NCBI GenBank assembly: GCA_016283935.1
Contig: JAEENX010000020.1
Span: 11,268-75,267 of the forward strand
Source of the DNA: Bacilli bacterium
GTDB lineage: Bacteria > Bacillota_I > Bacilli_A > RF39 > UBA660
Length of the DNA: 64,000 nucleotides
Direction of reading: 5' to 3'
Part shown: piece after piece, positions 37,645 to 45,621 of the stretch
Layout: every line of letters starts with the position of its first letter
Position numbering within the stretch: position 1 is the stretch's first letter
The notes under the pieces: generated by a model
Seen by the model: the letters and a program-made list of their open reading frames with translations, nothing else
Told to the model about the DNA's origin: nothing
The model's database searches: none
Made by a program: the position numbers and the translations under genes

Positions 37645-38163
37645 TTAATTACTTATAATATAACCATTTCTATTTTGACATTGAACTGTTGATCCTGGTT
37701 TAGCTTCTCTACAAGCTGCAACTGGAGATTTGAAATAACGTCCATATAATTCTGAAGTATAATTTTGAAGACTGGCTGTTGTTGGATCACCTTTATCAGA
37801 TACATTCCAGTTTGGTATAGCATAGTTATTGTCATATAAGTTCAAAATATATTTTGTACCAGATGATGAAGTAGCATCTACAACTACATATCCTCTATAG
37901 TTACCAGTTGAAGAATATCCTAAGTCTGTAGTAACGTCATATACATATAATCCTGCTCCACCGGCATTACCAATGTTTGAGTCATATACATATTGTGTTT
38001 GAGTATCTTTAACTACCTTTTGACAATATAATATGAAGGCATTCTTTCTAGCATCATCCATAATATCTAATACTGCAGGTATTGTAATAATCATAATTAA
38101 CGCAAGTACTACAATAACTACTAATAATTCAACTAATGTAAATCCATTTTTATTCTTCTTCAT
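37645..38163 (-). CDS. Type IV pilin / competence-type pseudopilin (probable major subunit)
   Basis: Class III signal MKKNKNG|FTLVELLVVIVVLALIMI with Glu at +5, and a C-terminal Cys pair (C-x12-C). ATG 38163 is preceded by GGAAGAGGA. Confidence 0.8.
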   Translation of the reverse strand: MKKNKNGFTLVELLVVIVVLALIMIITIPAVLDIMDDARKNAFILYCQKVVKDTQTQYVYDSNIGNAGGAGLYVYDVTTDLGYSSTGNYRGYVVVDATSSSGTKYILNLYDNNYAIPNWNVSDKGDPTTASLQNYTSELYGRYFKSPVAACREAKPGSTVQCQNRNGYIISN

Positions 38164-38175
38164 CTTAGTTCCTCT

Positions 38176-38219
38176 TCCTATTCTATATAAATTATACAAT
38201 AATCTTATCTCATAATCAA
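38176..38219 (-). promoter_or_regulatory. Promoter plus conserved leader motif of the 172-aa pilin gene
   Basis: On the minus strand: TTGATT (38214-38219), a 17-nt spacer, TATAAT (38191-38196), 4 nt, then ATAGAATAGGA (38176-38186). Confidence 0.55.
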
Positions 38220-38240
38220 TAATGATAATTTAGATTATTG

Positions 38241-38278
38241 ATAGTTGACAAAAGACTTTAATGTCTTTTATCAACTAT
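38241..38278 (-). other. Long (17 bp, one mismatch) hairpin overlapping the stop codon of the 590-aa gene
   Basis: ATAGTTGAcAAAAGAC (38241-38256) pairs with GTCTTTTaTCAACTAT (38263-38278) around a 6-nt loop. No U-tract follows on the minus strand, so it is not a canonical terminator. Confidence 0.5.
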
Positions 38279-40043
38279 TATTATTGTTATTATTATCTTT
38301 GTTTGTATTTATAACTACTTTTTTAGGTTGGTTATCAAATACTGATGTTGCTGGGCCTGTTGTTGTTTGTTTTGTAACAACTTGTATTTCTTTAGTTTTC
38401 TTAGGTCTCATACTTCTTCTTGCAAGTGTTAACCAAACTAGTACTAGTAATAATATTACACCTAATACAATAGCTATAATTCTAAATACTAATGTATAAG
38501 AAATAGTTAATCCTTCACGATATACATTAATAATATATTGAGCAGTATAGTATTCATTTTCTGATCTTACTAGGATTTCAATTTGAGATCCATTTTTAAG
38601 ATTTGAGTTACCAGTAACAACTACTGTTGCATTTGGATTCTTAGCACGATAGTTAAGATATAACATGTCTTCATCTTTATCTATCTTAACATCATAGTAA
38701 TAAGTATCAGGGCTAAAATTAATATCTTGATGCTTACTTATAGTTAAGAATTCAAGTTGTGTATTTGACTCAGGTAATGTTGGATCTGGTGCACCTTGTT
38801 TTGTTGTTATTTCTCTTGTTGTATATACAATTACATTCTTTGTTCTAGTAGATCTTGTTGTAGTTGTTGTACTAATAGTTGTTCTAGTAGTATTTTCTCT
38901 TAATCTATTAACATAAATGACATATCTACTTGTATTAGCATTTTCACCTTCAAGTAAAATATTTATTCTATTTTGTCCAATTGAGAAATCATTTTGACCA
39001 GTTATTGTTACTTTTGTAGATGAAATCATTGGAACTGCTGTAACATTTAATGAAGTAACATAATTTGGTACTTGTAACGAGTAAGTTAATTGTCCAGGAT
39101 TAAATCCAATGTCATATCCTTGAATATTTAGTGAACTTAATAATAATTCTTCAGGAGCATCTTTTGTTGTAATCACTGTTGTTTGAGTAGTTTGCTCTTC
39201 TGCTGTACCAATTGTAATACCAGTTGAACCATCACATGTTGGTTGATGTATTTCAAGTCTTTGTTTAGACTGAATATTTGGTCTATTAATATAATCCTCT
39301 AATGCTACATTGAATTTTTTTTCATCCATATTACGCATATTCAAATCTTCAATAGCATAAGAATTATCCTTGAACGAAACTATTACATCATATGTATAAT
39401 CTGTAGGTAATATTAATGCATTTTCATATGCCATACAATTAGTAGCAGCAGTAACTAATGTATTTCCACTTACCTTTTGATAATTAGCACATAATGTTTC
39501 ACCTTTATTAATAACCTTATTAATTGTGAATTTATATTGATATTCTTGAATATTTACTGATTGAGATGGAGTACAAGTTCCTTCTTTTGAAATACAAAAT
39601 TTAGGATATAATATACCATCTTTATATTTTCCGTTTGCTGAATAATATTCTTCGTTTTCCTCATTTGTAGGCTCAGGCATTGAAAAAGAAATAGATGCTA
39701 ACTTACTATCTACTTCAGTAGCAGCTTTTTTATTTCTAACAATCTTTACCCAACCTTCATAATTACCGGTATTCTCAATTTCTAAGTCATTTTTTATATC
39801 ATATACAATACAATCAGCTTTTGTATAATCATCAACGCTGATTTGTTCTAAATCTTGATATGCTGCAACATAATGATTTGTTGCTTTAGTAACTAAATTT
39901 AAAGCATATAAATAGAATGCTTTTCTCTTAGAATTATCTGTTATTTGTGCAACCGCTGGTATAGTTATTGCAACAATAACCGCAAGTAAAGCAATAACAA
40001 GTAAAACTTCAACTAATGTAAAACCTTTATTATTCTTTCTCAT
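38271..40043 (-). CDS. Large prepilin-type protein with two cadherin-like beta-sandwich repeats, a Thr-rich linker and a C-terminal TM anchor
   Basis: Class III signal MRKNNKG|FTLVEVLLVIALLAVIVAI. Repeats are LSSLNIQGYDIGFNPGQLTYSL... and LEFLTISKHQDINFSPDTYYYDV.... The TM helix is LVFRIIAIVLGVILLLVLVWLTLA, followed by a basic tail ending in poly-Asn. It ends in TGA. Confidence 0.75.
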   Translation of the reverse strand: MRKNNKGFTLVEVLLVIALLAVIVAITIPAVAQITDNSKRKAFYLYALNLVTKATNHYVAAYQDLEQISVDDYTKADCIVYDIKNDLEIENTGNYEGWVKIVRNKKAATEVDSKLASISFSMPEPTNEENEEYYSANGKYKDGILYPKFCISKEGTCTPSQSVNIQEYQYKFTINKVINKGETLCANYQKVSGNTLVTAATNCMAYENALILPTDYTYDVIVSFKDNSYAIEDLNMRNMDEKKFNVALEDYINRPNIQSKQRLEIHQPTCDGSTGITIGTAEEQTTQTTVITTKDAPEELLLSSLNIQGYDIGFNPGQLTYSLQVPNYVTSLNVTAVPMISSTKVTITGQNDFSIGQNRINILLEGENANTSRYVIYVNRLRENTTRTTISTTTTTRSTRTKNVIVYTTREITTKQGAPDPTLPESNTQLEFLTISKHQDINFSPDTYYYDVKIDKDEDMLYLNYRAKNPNATVVVTGNSNLKNGSQIEILVRSENEYYTAQYIINVYREGLTISYTLVFRIIAIVLGVILLLVLVWLTLARRSMRPKKTKEIQVVTKQTTTGPATSVFDNQPKKVVINTNKDNNNNNNS

Positions 40044-40051
40044 AACTACTT

Positions 40052-40096
40052 TCCTATTCTATTTATAATTATAAGTTATTCATGTGTTTTTTTCAA
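40052..40096 (-). promoter_or_regulatory. Promoter plus conserved leader motif of the 590-aa prepilin-type gene
   Basis: On the minus strand: TTGAAA (40091-40096), a 17-nt spacer, TATAAT (40068-40073), 5 nt, then ATAGAATAGGA (40052-40062). Confidence 0.55.
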
Positions 40097-40126
40097 TATA
40101 AAAAGTCACTTTAATAAGTGACTTTT
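40097..40126 (-). terminator. Intrinsic terminator after parC
   Basis: AAAAGTCACTT (40101-40111) pairs with AAGTGACTTTT (40116-40126). The stem includes the parC stop. Confidence 0.65.
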
Positions 40127-42635
40127 ATATTTTAAAATCTTCAATAAATTCCATTTCTTCTTGCTTATCTACTTTTTTAGTTTTTTCTTCTTTTTTCTTT
40201 ACAGGAGCAGCATTTTCTTTTATTCTCACAGGAACTGAGAATACAAATGCTTTATCAAATGACTTCTTAGTAATTGATGAGCCTGTAGAAGCAAGATCCA
40301 TAATTGGAATATCAGTATTTTTGATTCTTTCTAAGCTTTCAAATGCAGATAAACCTATGTAATCATTAGTTCTAGTAATAACTGCAGATACTATATTATA
40401 GTTTGTAGATTTAACTTTCTTAATTACCATAGAACCACGTTTAGCTCTAGTCAATTGAGTTAATTCAGATAACTTAATACGTTTACCTGTCTTCTTATCA
40501 GTAAATATATTTAAATATTCATCTGCTGATGTATAAGTTAAACCAGATACTACTTCATCATCTTTTAAGTTAATACCTTTTACGCCTTGAGATTTAGCTG
40601 ATGAAATTGGTATTTCACTTGTTTTATATGAAATATAATATCCTGACTTAGTTACTAATATTGCATTTTCATTATCAATTTGAGTATTAGTAATAAAGTC
40701 TCCAGCTTTTAACTTCATTGATGTATAAGTCTTATTATATCTACTTACAATGAATGAAGATAACTCAGTACGTTTAACCATTCCTTCTTTAGTAAAGAAT
40801 GTAATTACTTGAGATGCATCTTTTTCATCTACAATATAAGCGTTTACTACTTCATCATTTGGATCTATAGGTACAAAATTAGAAACATGTTTACCTAAAT
40901 CCTTTAATCTAGTAACTGGTATTTCATTAACTGGTAAATATAAGTAACTTCCTAGCTTAGTAATAATAAGTAATTTCATTAAAGTAGTAGCTTCATATGT
41001 ACGAAGAACATAGTCTCCTTCTTTAAGTCCTACTTCATCTAATGTATTATTAGCAAAACTCTTCATAGATAGTTTCTTAACATATCCATCTTTAGTTACC
41101 ATTACATATACATTTTCTTTAACAATTAAATCTTCAGCATTGAATGTCATTTCTTGTACTTCATCTTTCACTTCAGTACGTCTATCAACTGCATATTCTT
41201 TCTTAATTTGTCTTAATTCATTTTTAATTACTCCATTTAATTTTTCTGGATTAGCAAGAATATCTTCTAATGTATTTATTAAGTTTTGTAACTCTTTTAA
41301 TTTATTTTGTAATTCAACTATATCTGTATTAGTTAATCTATATAATTGTAATTTAACGATTGCTTCTGCTTGTTCAGGTAGGAAATCAAATTTCTTTACT
41401 AAGTTAGCTTCAGCATCTGATTTATTCTTAGATGCTCTTATTGTTTTAATAACATCATCTAAGATAGACATAGCTTTAACTAAACCTTCAACAATTATAA
41501 TTTCTTTCTTTAAAGCAGCTAAATCAAATTCACATCTTCTTCTAACTACTTCTTTATCAAATTCAATATAAGCATCAATCATGCCTACAACACCCATGAT
41601 TTTAGGTCTTCTATTAACAATTGATACCATGTTATATGAGAAATTAGATTGTAAATCAGTATTCTTAAATAAGTAAGCCATGATTAAATCTTTATTAGCA
41701 TTTGGTTTTAAATCTATAACAATTCTAACAAATGCGTCTTTGTCAGATTCATCTCTTACTTCAGCCATACCTGATACTTTACCAGATAGTCTAATATCAT
41801 CTATTTTCTTAACTAATTGTTGTTTGTTTACATCAAAAGGTATTTCATTAATGATAATTTGTTCTTTACCTTTTTCTTTAACAAATTCATATTTAGCTTT
41901 AACAATAACTTTACCACGTCCAGTTGTTAAAGCTTGTCTAATTGATTCTTTTCCTTCTATTACTCCACCTGTTGGAAAATCTGGTCCTTTAACTATATCT
42001 AGAATTGAATCTAAATGACAATTTGGAGAATCGATTCTCTTAATTGTAGCATCAATTATTTCACCTAAATTATGAGGTGGAATATTAGTTGCATATCCAG
42101 CTGATATACCAGTTGTTCCATTTACTAATAAGTTTGGAAATTTTGCAGGTAAAACAGTTGGTTCATATAATGTATCTGAATAGTTAAGAGCCATTTCTAC
42201 AGTATTCTTATCAATATCTTTAAGCATTTCTTCAGCTAGTTTATCTAATCTAGTTTCAGTATAACGCATTGCAGCAGCTGGATCTCCATCGATAGAACCA
42301 TTATTACCATCAACTTGAACTAATATATGATTTTGTTTCCATTTTTGAGATAAATGGATTAATGCATCATATACAGATGAGTCTCCATGCGGATGATATC
42401 TACCTAAAACTAAACCAACAGCGTTTGCACACTTTTTAAATGGTTTATCATAAGTATTCTTATCTTGATGCATTGCATATATAATTCTTCTTTGTACTGG
42501 TTTTAAACCATCTCTTACATCAGGAATAGCACGATCTTGGATAATATATTTAGAATATCTTCCAAATCTTTCTCCCATAATGTCTTCTAACGAATAATCA
42601 TGAATTCTAGCTAATACTTCTTTAGTCTCATTCAT
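40125..42635 (-). CDS. parC: DNA topoisomerase IV subunit A
   Basis: The Gram-positive ParC signature RFGRYSKYIIQDRAIPDVRDGLKPVQRRIIYAM, the GRYHPHGDSSVYDA motif and the active-site AAAMRYTE. I start it at ATG 42635 after AGGTGAT. Confidence 0.85.
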   Translation of the reverse strand: MNETKEVLARIHDYSLEDIMGERFGRYSKYIIQDRAIPDVRDGLKPVQRRIIYAMHQDKNTYDKPFKKCANAVGLVLGRYHPHGDSSVYDALIHLSQKWKQNHILVQVDGNNGSIDGDPAAAMRYTETRLDKLAEEMLKDIDKNTVEMALNYSDTLYEPTVLPAKFPNLLVNGTTGISAGYATNIPPHNLGEIIDATIKRIDSPNCHLDSILDIVKGPDFPTGGVIEGKESIRQALTTGRGKVIVKAKYEFVKEKGKEQIIINEIPFDVNKQQLVKKIDDIRLSGKVSGMAEVRDESDKDAFVRIVIDLKPNANKDLIMAYLFKNTDLQSNFSYNMVSIVNRRPKIMGVVGMIDAYIEFDKEVVRRRCEFDLAALKKEIIIVEGLVKAMSILDDVIKTIRASKNKSDAEANLVKKFDFLPEQAEAIVKLQLYRLTNTDIVELQNKLKELQNLINTLEDILANPEKLNGVIKNELRQIKKEYAVDRRTEVKDEVQEMTFNAEDLIVKENVYVMVTKDGYVKKLSMKSFANNTLDEVGLKEGDYVLRTYEATTLMKLLIITKLGSYLYLPVNEIPVTRLKDLGKHVSNFVPIDPNDEVVNAYIVDEKDASQVITFFTKEGMVKRTELSSFIVSRYNKTYTSMKLKAGDFITNTQIDNENAILVTKSGYYISYKTSEIPISSAKSQGVKGINLKDDEVVSGLTYTSADEYLNIFTDKKTGKRIKLSELTQLTRAKRGSMVIKKVKSTNYNIVSAVITRTNDYIGLSAFESLERIKNTDIPIMDLASTGSSITKKSFDKAFVFSVPVRIKENAAPVKKKEEKTKKVDKQEEMEFIEDFKI

Positions 42636-42706
42636 TTTAATCACCTTTAACTATTATAGCATAAGGAAATAAGATAAAGTCAATTATTTGACAAATAATC
42701 GACAAA

Positions 42707-42736
42707 TAAAAAAGAAGTATTTGTAAATACTTCTTT
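42707..42736 (-). terminator. Intrinsic terminator after the alternative sigma factor gene
   Basis: AAAGAAGTATT (42711-42721) pairs with AATACTTCTTT (42726-42736), followed by a U-tract on the minus strand. Confidence 0.65.
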
Positions 42737-43541
42737 AATTATACATATCTCTTAACTCTGCAATTGCAGTTTTTTGAAGTTTTTGTATATTTGCTCTAGA
42801 CATCATTTCGTATCCATTATCTACAAGCATTTGTCTTGCTTCTTCTTGTGAATGTTCTTCTCCATCCATCATTCCGTATGTATATAATAATATTAATTGT
42901 TGTCTTTTATCTTTTAATAAAGCAATATTTGGTCTTAGAGAATCAATCGAATCTTGCAATTCATATGACTTTTCTAGTGAATTGCCATCACTGATAACAT
43001 CAGCTAATTCAAAATCTTCTCCAATTGGAGCTGATAATGAATATATATTAGCTAATTCATTTTCATAATCAAGTATTTTATTTGTTTTAATATTTAATAA
43101 ATCTGCTAGTTCATCTACAGATAATTTTCTTTCGTATAATTCTTCTAATCTTTTTTTAGATGTAAGATATTTCTTAGCGTTTACACTTTCTACATATGGT
43201 GTACTAATTAAACCATTATTTTGTAATAATTGATTTCTTATAGCATTAGATATATATTTATATGCTACTGTACTAAACTTACAAGGTTGTTCGATATCAA
43301 ATTTATCAATACAACTCATTAAAGCTATACAAGCAACAGATATATATTCTTCTCTTTGAGATGATACTTTAACCATAGTATTAATTAAACGTTTTATCAT
43401 TGGATAAAAGTTTTTGATTATAGAATCTCTTGCATCAAGATTTTCATTATATCTATATTCTTTTAGTAAATCTTTTACTTGATCGTCAGATAACTCTTCT
43501 ACTTTATTATTTGCCATATATGTATCAAATAAAGTTGACAT
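42735..43541 (-). CDS. Sigma-70 family alternative sigma factor (group-3-like)
   Basis: Region 2 (CIALMSCIDKFDIEQPCKFSTVAYKYISNAIRNQL), a region 3-like middle section, and a region 4 HTH (SRANIQKLQKTAIAELRDMY). Confidence 0.7.
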   Translation of the reverse strand: MSTLFDTYMANNKVEELSDDQVKDLLKEYRYNENLDARDSIIKNFYPMIKRLINTMVKVSSQREEYISVACIALMSCIDKFDIEQPCKFSTVAYKYISNAIRNQLLQNNGLISTPYVESVNAKKYLTSKKRLEELYERKLSVDELADLLNIKTNKILDYENELANIYSLSAPIGEDFELADVISDGNSLEKSYELQDSIDSLRPNIALLKDKRQQLILLYTYGMMDGEEHSQEEARQMLVDNGYEMMSRANIQKLQKTAIAELRDMYN

Positions 43542-43569
43542 ATCAAATAACCCCCTTTACATGTCGTAT

Positions 43570-43598
43570 ATTATACTACCTATGGGTTATTTTGGCAA
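43570..43598 (-). promoter_or_regulatory. Sigma-A-type promoter for the alternative sigma factor gene
   Basis: On the minus strand: TTGCCA (43593-43598), a 17-nt spacer, then TATAAT (43570-43575). Confidence 0.6.
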
Positions 43599-43610
43599 AA
43601 AGAAAAGCGA

Positions 43611-43901
43611 TTACTTTTCGTAAACGCTTACTTTTTTCTTATCTTTTCCAGATCTTTCAAATTTTACTACACCAGTAACTTTTGCAAATAAAGTATGATC
43701 TTTTCCCATACCTACGTTTGTACCTGGATAAATCTTAGTACCTCTTTGTCTATATAAAATAGATCCAGCAGATACTGTTTCACCGTCAGCAGCCTTAGCT
43801 CCAAGTCTTCTACCAGCAGAATCTCTACCGTTTTGAGTTGAACCTTGAGCTTTAACATGCGCGAAACGTTGAATATTTAAAGAAATAAATAATTCTTTCA
43901 T
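43611..43901 (-). CDS. rpmA: 50S ribosomal protein L27 with N-terminal propeptide
   Basis: [21 protein letters not shown] is the L27 core. The extra N-terminal [13 protein letters not shown] resembles the Firmicutes propeptide cleaved by Prp. Confidence 0.93.
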   Translation of the reverse strand: MKELFISLNIQRFAHVKAQGSTQNGRDSAGRRLGAKAADGETVSAGSILYRQRGTKIYPGTNVGMGKDHTLFAKVTGVVKFERSGKDKKKVSVYEK

Positions 43902-43903
43902 GT

Positions 43904-44197
43904 TTAATCCTCCTCAATAATATTAATATTCTTAGGATAATCATTTTTTAAATTATCAAATAAGTTAATCATATTATCAATTAATTTATTTGTTATTTCA
44001 TCTTTTTTAATATTTTTAATAGTAACAACATCATTATTGTCTTCATAAATAATTGCATCTTTGTCAAATGACATGATTGCATTAACTGTTGTATACATGA
44101 TAGATGAAACAGATGCACATACTATATCATTTCCATCGGAATAATTAGCATGTCCTGAAATCTTTATTAGATTATCACTAACACGTACTAGAATCAT
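43904..44197 (-). CDS. prp: Ribosomal-processing cysteine protease Prp
   Basis: 97 aa between rplU and rpmA. The [18 protein letters not shown] motif carries the His/Cys dyad. Confidence 0.85.
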   Translation of the reverse strand: MILVRVSDNLIKISGHANYSDGNDIVCASVSSIMYTTVNAIMSFDKDAIIYEDNNDVVTIKNIKKDEITNKLIDNMINLFDNLKNDYPKNINIIEED

Positions 44198-44198
44198 A

Positions 44199-44498
44199 TT
44201 AACCTGCTATCTTAGTTACTTTTAACATAGTATATGGTTGTCTATGTCCTCTAGTGTTACGGTATTTTTTCTTAGGTCTATACTTGAATACTACAACCTT
44301 CTTTTGTTTTCCGTGTTTAACAACTTCGCATGTAACTTTAGCACCTTTAACTACAGGAGTACCAATTTTGTCTCCTACAGAAAGTACTTCGTCAAATTCT
44401 ACTTTAGATCCTACTTCAGCATCTAATTTTTCAACGTAGATTTCTTGACCTTCTTCTACATAGTATTGTTTTCCACCAGTTACGAATACTGCTTTCAT
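44199..44498 (-). CDS. rplU: 50S ribosomal protein L21
   Basis: [25 protein letters not shown].... ATG 44498 is preceded by AAGGAGG. The track start is an upstream GTG. Confidence 0.93.
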   Translation of the reverse strand: MKAVFVTGGKQYYVEEGQEIYVEKLDAEVGSKVEFDEVLSVGDKIGTPVVKGAKVTCEVVKHGKQKKVVVFKYRPKKKYRNTRGHRQPYTMLKVTKIAG

Positions 44499-44595
44499 TA
44501 CTCTAACCTCCTTATAATTTGAAGACACGCCTTGAAGGTGTAGATAAATCTAACTTTTACCTTTTTAGTGCGGTTTGTAATGAATACTTACAAAC
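44499..44595 (-). promoter_or_regulatory. Structured 5' leader of the rplU-prp-rpmA operon (candidate L21 leader)
   Basis: About 97 nt between the promoter and the SD. It contains an 8-bp hairpin GUUUGUAA/UUACAAAC (about 44569-44592) and a second ACAC/GUGU stem before the SD. r-protein L21 leaders are described in Firmicutes. Confidence 0.4.
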
Positions 44596-44601
44596 ACCAA
44601 G

Positions 44602-44630
44602 ATAATATCAAAAAATAGTTAGAATGTCAA
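44602..44630 (-). promoter_or_regulatory. Consensus-like sigma-A promoter for rplU operon
   Basis: On the minus strand: TTGACA (44625-44630), a 17-nt spacer, then TATTAT (44602-44607). Confidence 0.65.
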
Positions 44631-44640
44631 CGATTTTTAG

Positions 44641-44669
44641 TTGATGTACTATATATTATTATATATAAT
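44641..44669 (+). promoter_or_regulatory. Divergent sigma-A-type promoter for the 299-aa plus-strand gene
   Basis: TTGATG (44641-44646), a 17-nt spacer, then TATAAT (44664-44669). Confidence 0.55.
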
Positions 44670-44694
44670 ATCTCTTTGAAAAAAGGTGAATTAT

Positions 44695-45594
44695 ATGGGG
44701 TTAGCTAAGAAAAAGTTAGAGAAAAAGAATAAATATACAATTGGCTATTTAGATGATGATTATAACGAAAAATCTAAAATATATGAACATACAAATGAAA
44801 AAATGGGTTCTTTAGTAAATGGTATCAAAAAACCTGAATCTATTTTAACTGTTGGTTCATCAGGAGATCATCTATTTAACTTTTTAGCTGAAGGCGTATA
44901 TAAGATAGATACTTTTGATATAAATACAATAACAAATTATTATATTAATTTAAGACTAGCAGGATTAACTGAAATAAAAAATATTCATGAATTATATTCT
45001 TTCTTATTTAGAATAAATAAAAATGGATATGATAAATGTAAAGATGCTTTAGATCATGGATCATACCTATTTTGGGAACATTTATTTGAAAAATTTTCTA
45101 TTGAAGATTTACAAGAAAAATTATTTAGACCTGATATAGATGATTCAGAGATACTTGATAATAATGCTTATTTCAATATAGATTCTTTAAAAGAATTAAA
45201 AAGAAATATTAAACATCTAGAAAGATATAATTACTCTACTCACTTATTTAATATTCATTCGTTTATTCAAGATAAAAAATATGATGCAATCATACTATCC
45301 AATATATATGATTATGTAGACACTAAACAATTTCTAAGATATTTAAGAATTCTAAGAAATTATTTAACAAAAGAAGGCCGCATTTATTATAGTTATCAAT
45401 ATGATGGATTGGAAAGCTATTCAACAACAGATTTTCTTATGAGAAAAGATATATGGAAATTCCCAATAGAACGTGAAGATTTAGAAGATGAATTTCAAGA
45501 TATAATTCAAGATACAGATAAATTAATGCTTTCTACAAGAAAAAAATTAAATCACGATACTGTACATGATTATTATTTATCTATAGGAAAATAA
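44695..45594 (+). CDS. Hypothetical SAM-methyltransferase-fold protein, DUF3419 (BtaA-like) resemblance
   Basis: ILTVGSSGDHLFNFLAEGVYKIDTFDIN and YDAIILSNIYDYVD resemble the DUF3419 pattern. I start it at ATG 44695 after AAAGGTGA; the track start is the GTG in the SD. Confidence 0.45.
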   Translation: MGLAKKKLEKKNKYTIGYLDDDYNEKSKIYEHTNEKMGSLVNGIKKPESILTVGSSGDHLFNFLAEGVYKIDTFDINTITNYYINLRLAGLTEIKNIHELYSFLFRINKNGYDKCKDALDHGSYLFWEHLFEKFSIEDLQEKLFRPDIDDSEILDNNAYFNIDSLKELKRNIKHLERYNYSTHLFNIHSFIQDKKYDAIILSNIYDYVDTKQFLRYLRILRNYLTKEGRIYYSYQYDGLESYSTTDFLMRKDIWKFPIEREDLEDEFQDIIQDTDKLMLSTRKKLNHDTVHDYYLSIGK

Positions 45595-45621
45595 AAAGAA
45601 CAAGACTACTTGTTCTTTTTT
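45595..45621. terminator. Bidirectional terminator between the 299-aa gene and mutS
   Basis: AAAGAACAAG (45595-45604) pairs with CTTGTTCTTT (45609-45618), then a T-run. The right arm encodes the mutS C-terminus. Confidence 0.65.

Noticed and set aside
34642-37835. Same-strand out-of-frame ORFs 34642..34860 and 37653..37835
   Set aside because: They lie entirely inside the RnfD-like gene and the pilin gene in another frame. They have no SD and their products are Cys/Tyr/Ile-rich nonsense.
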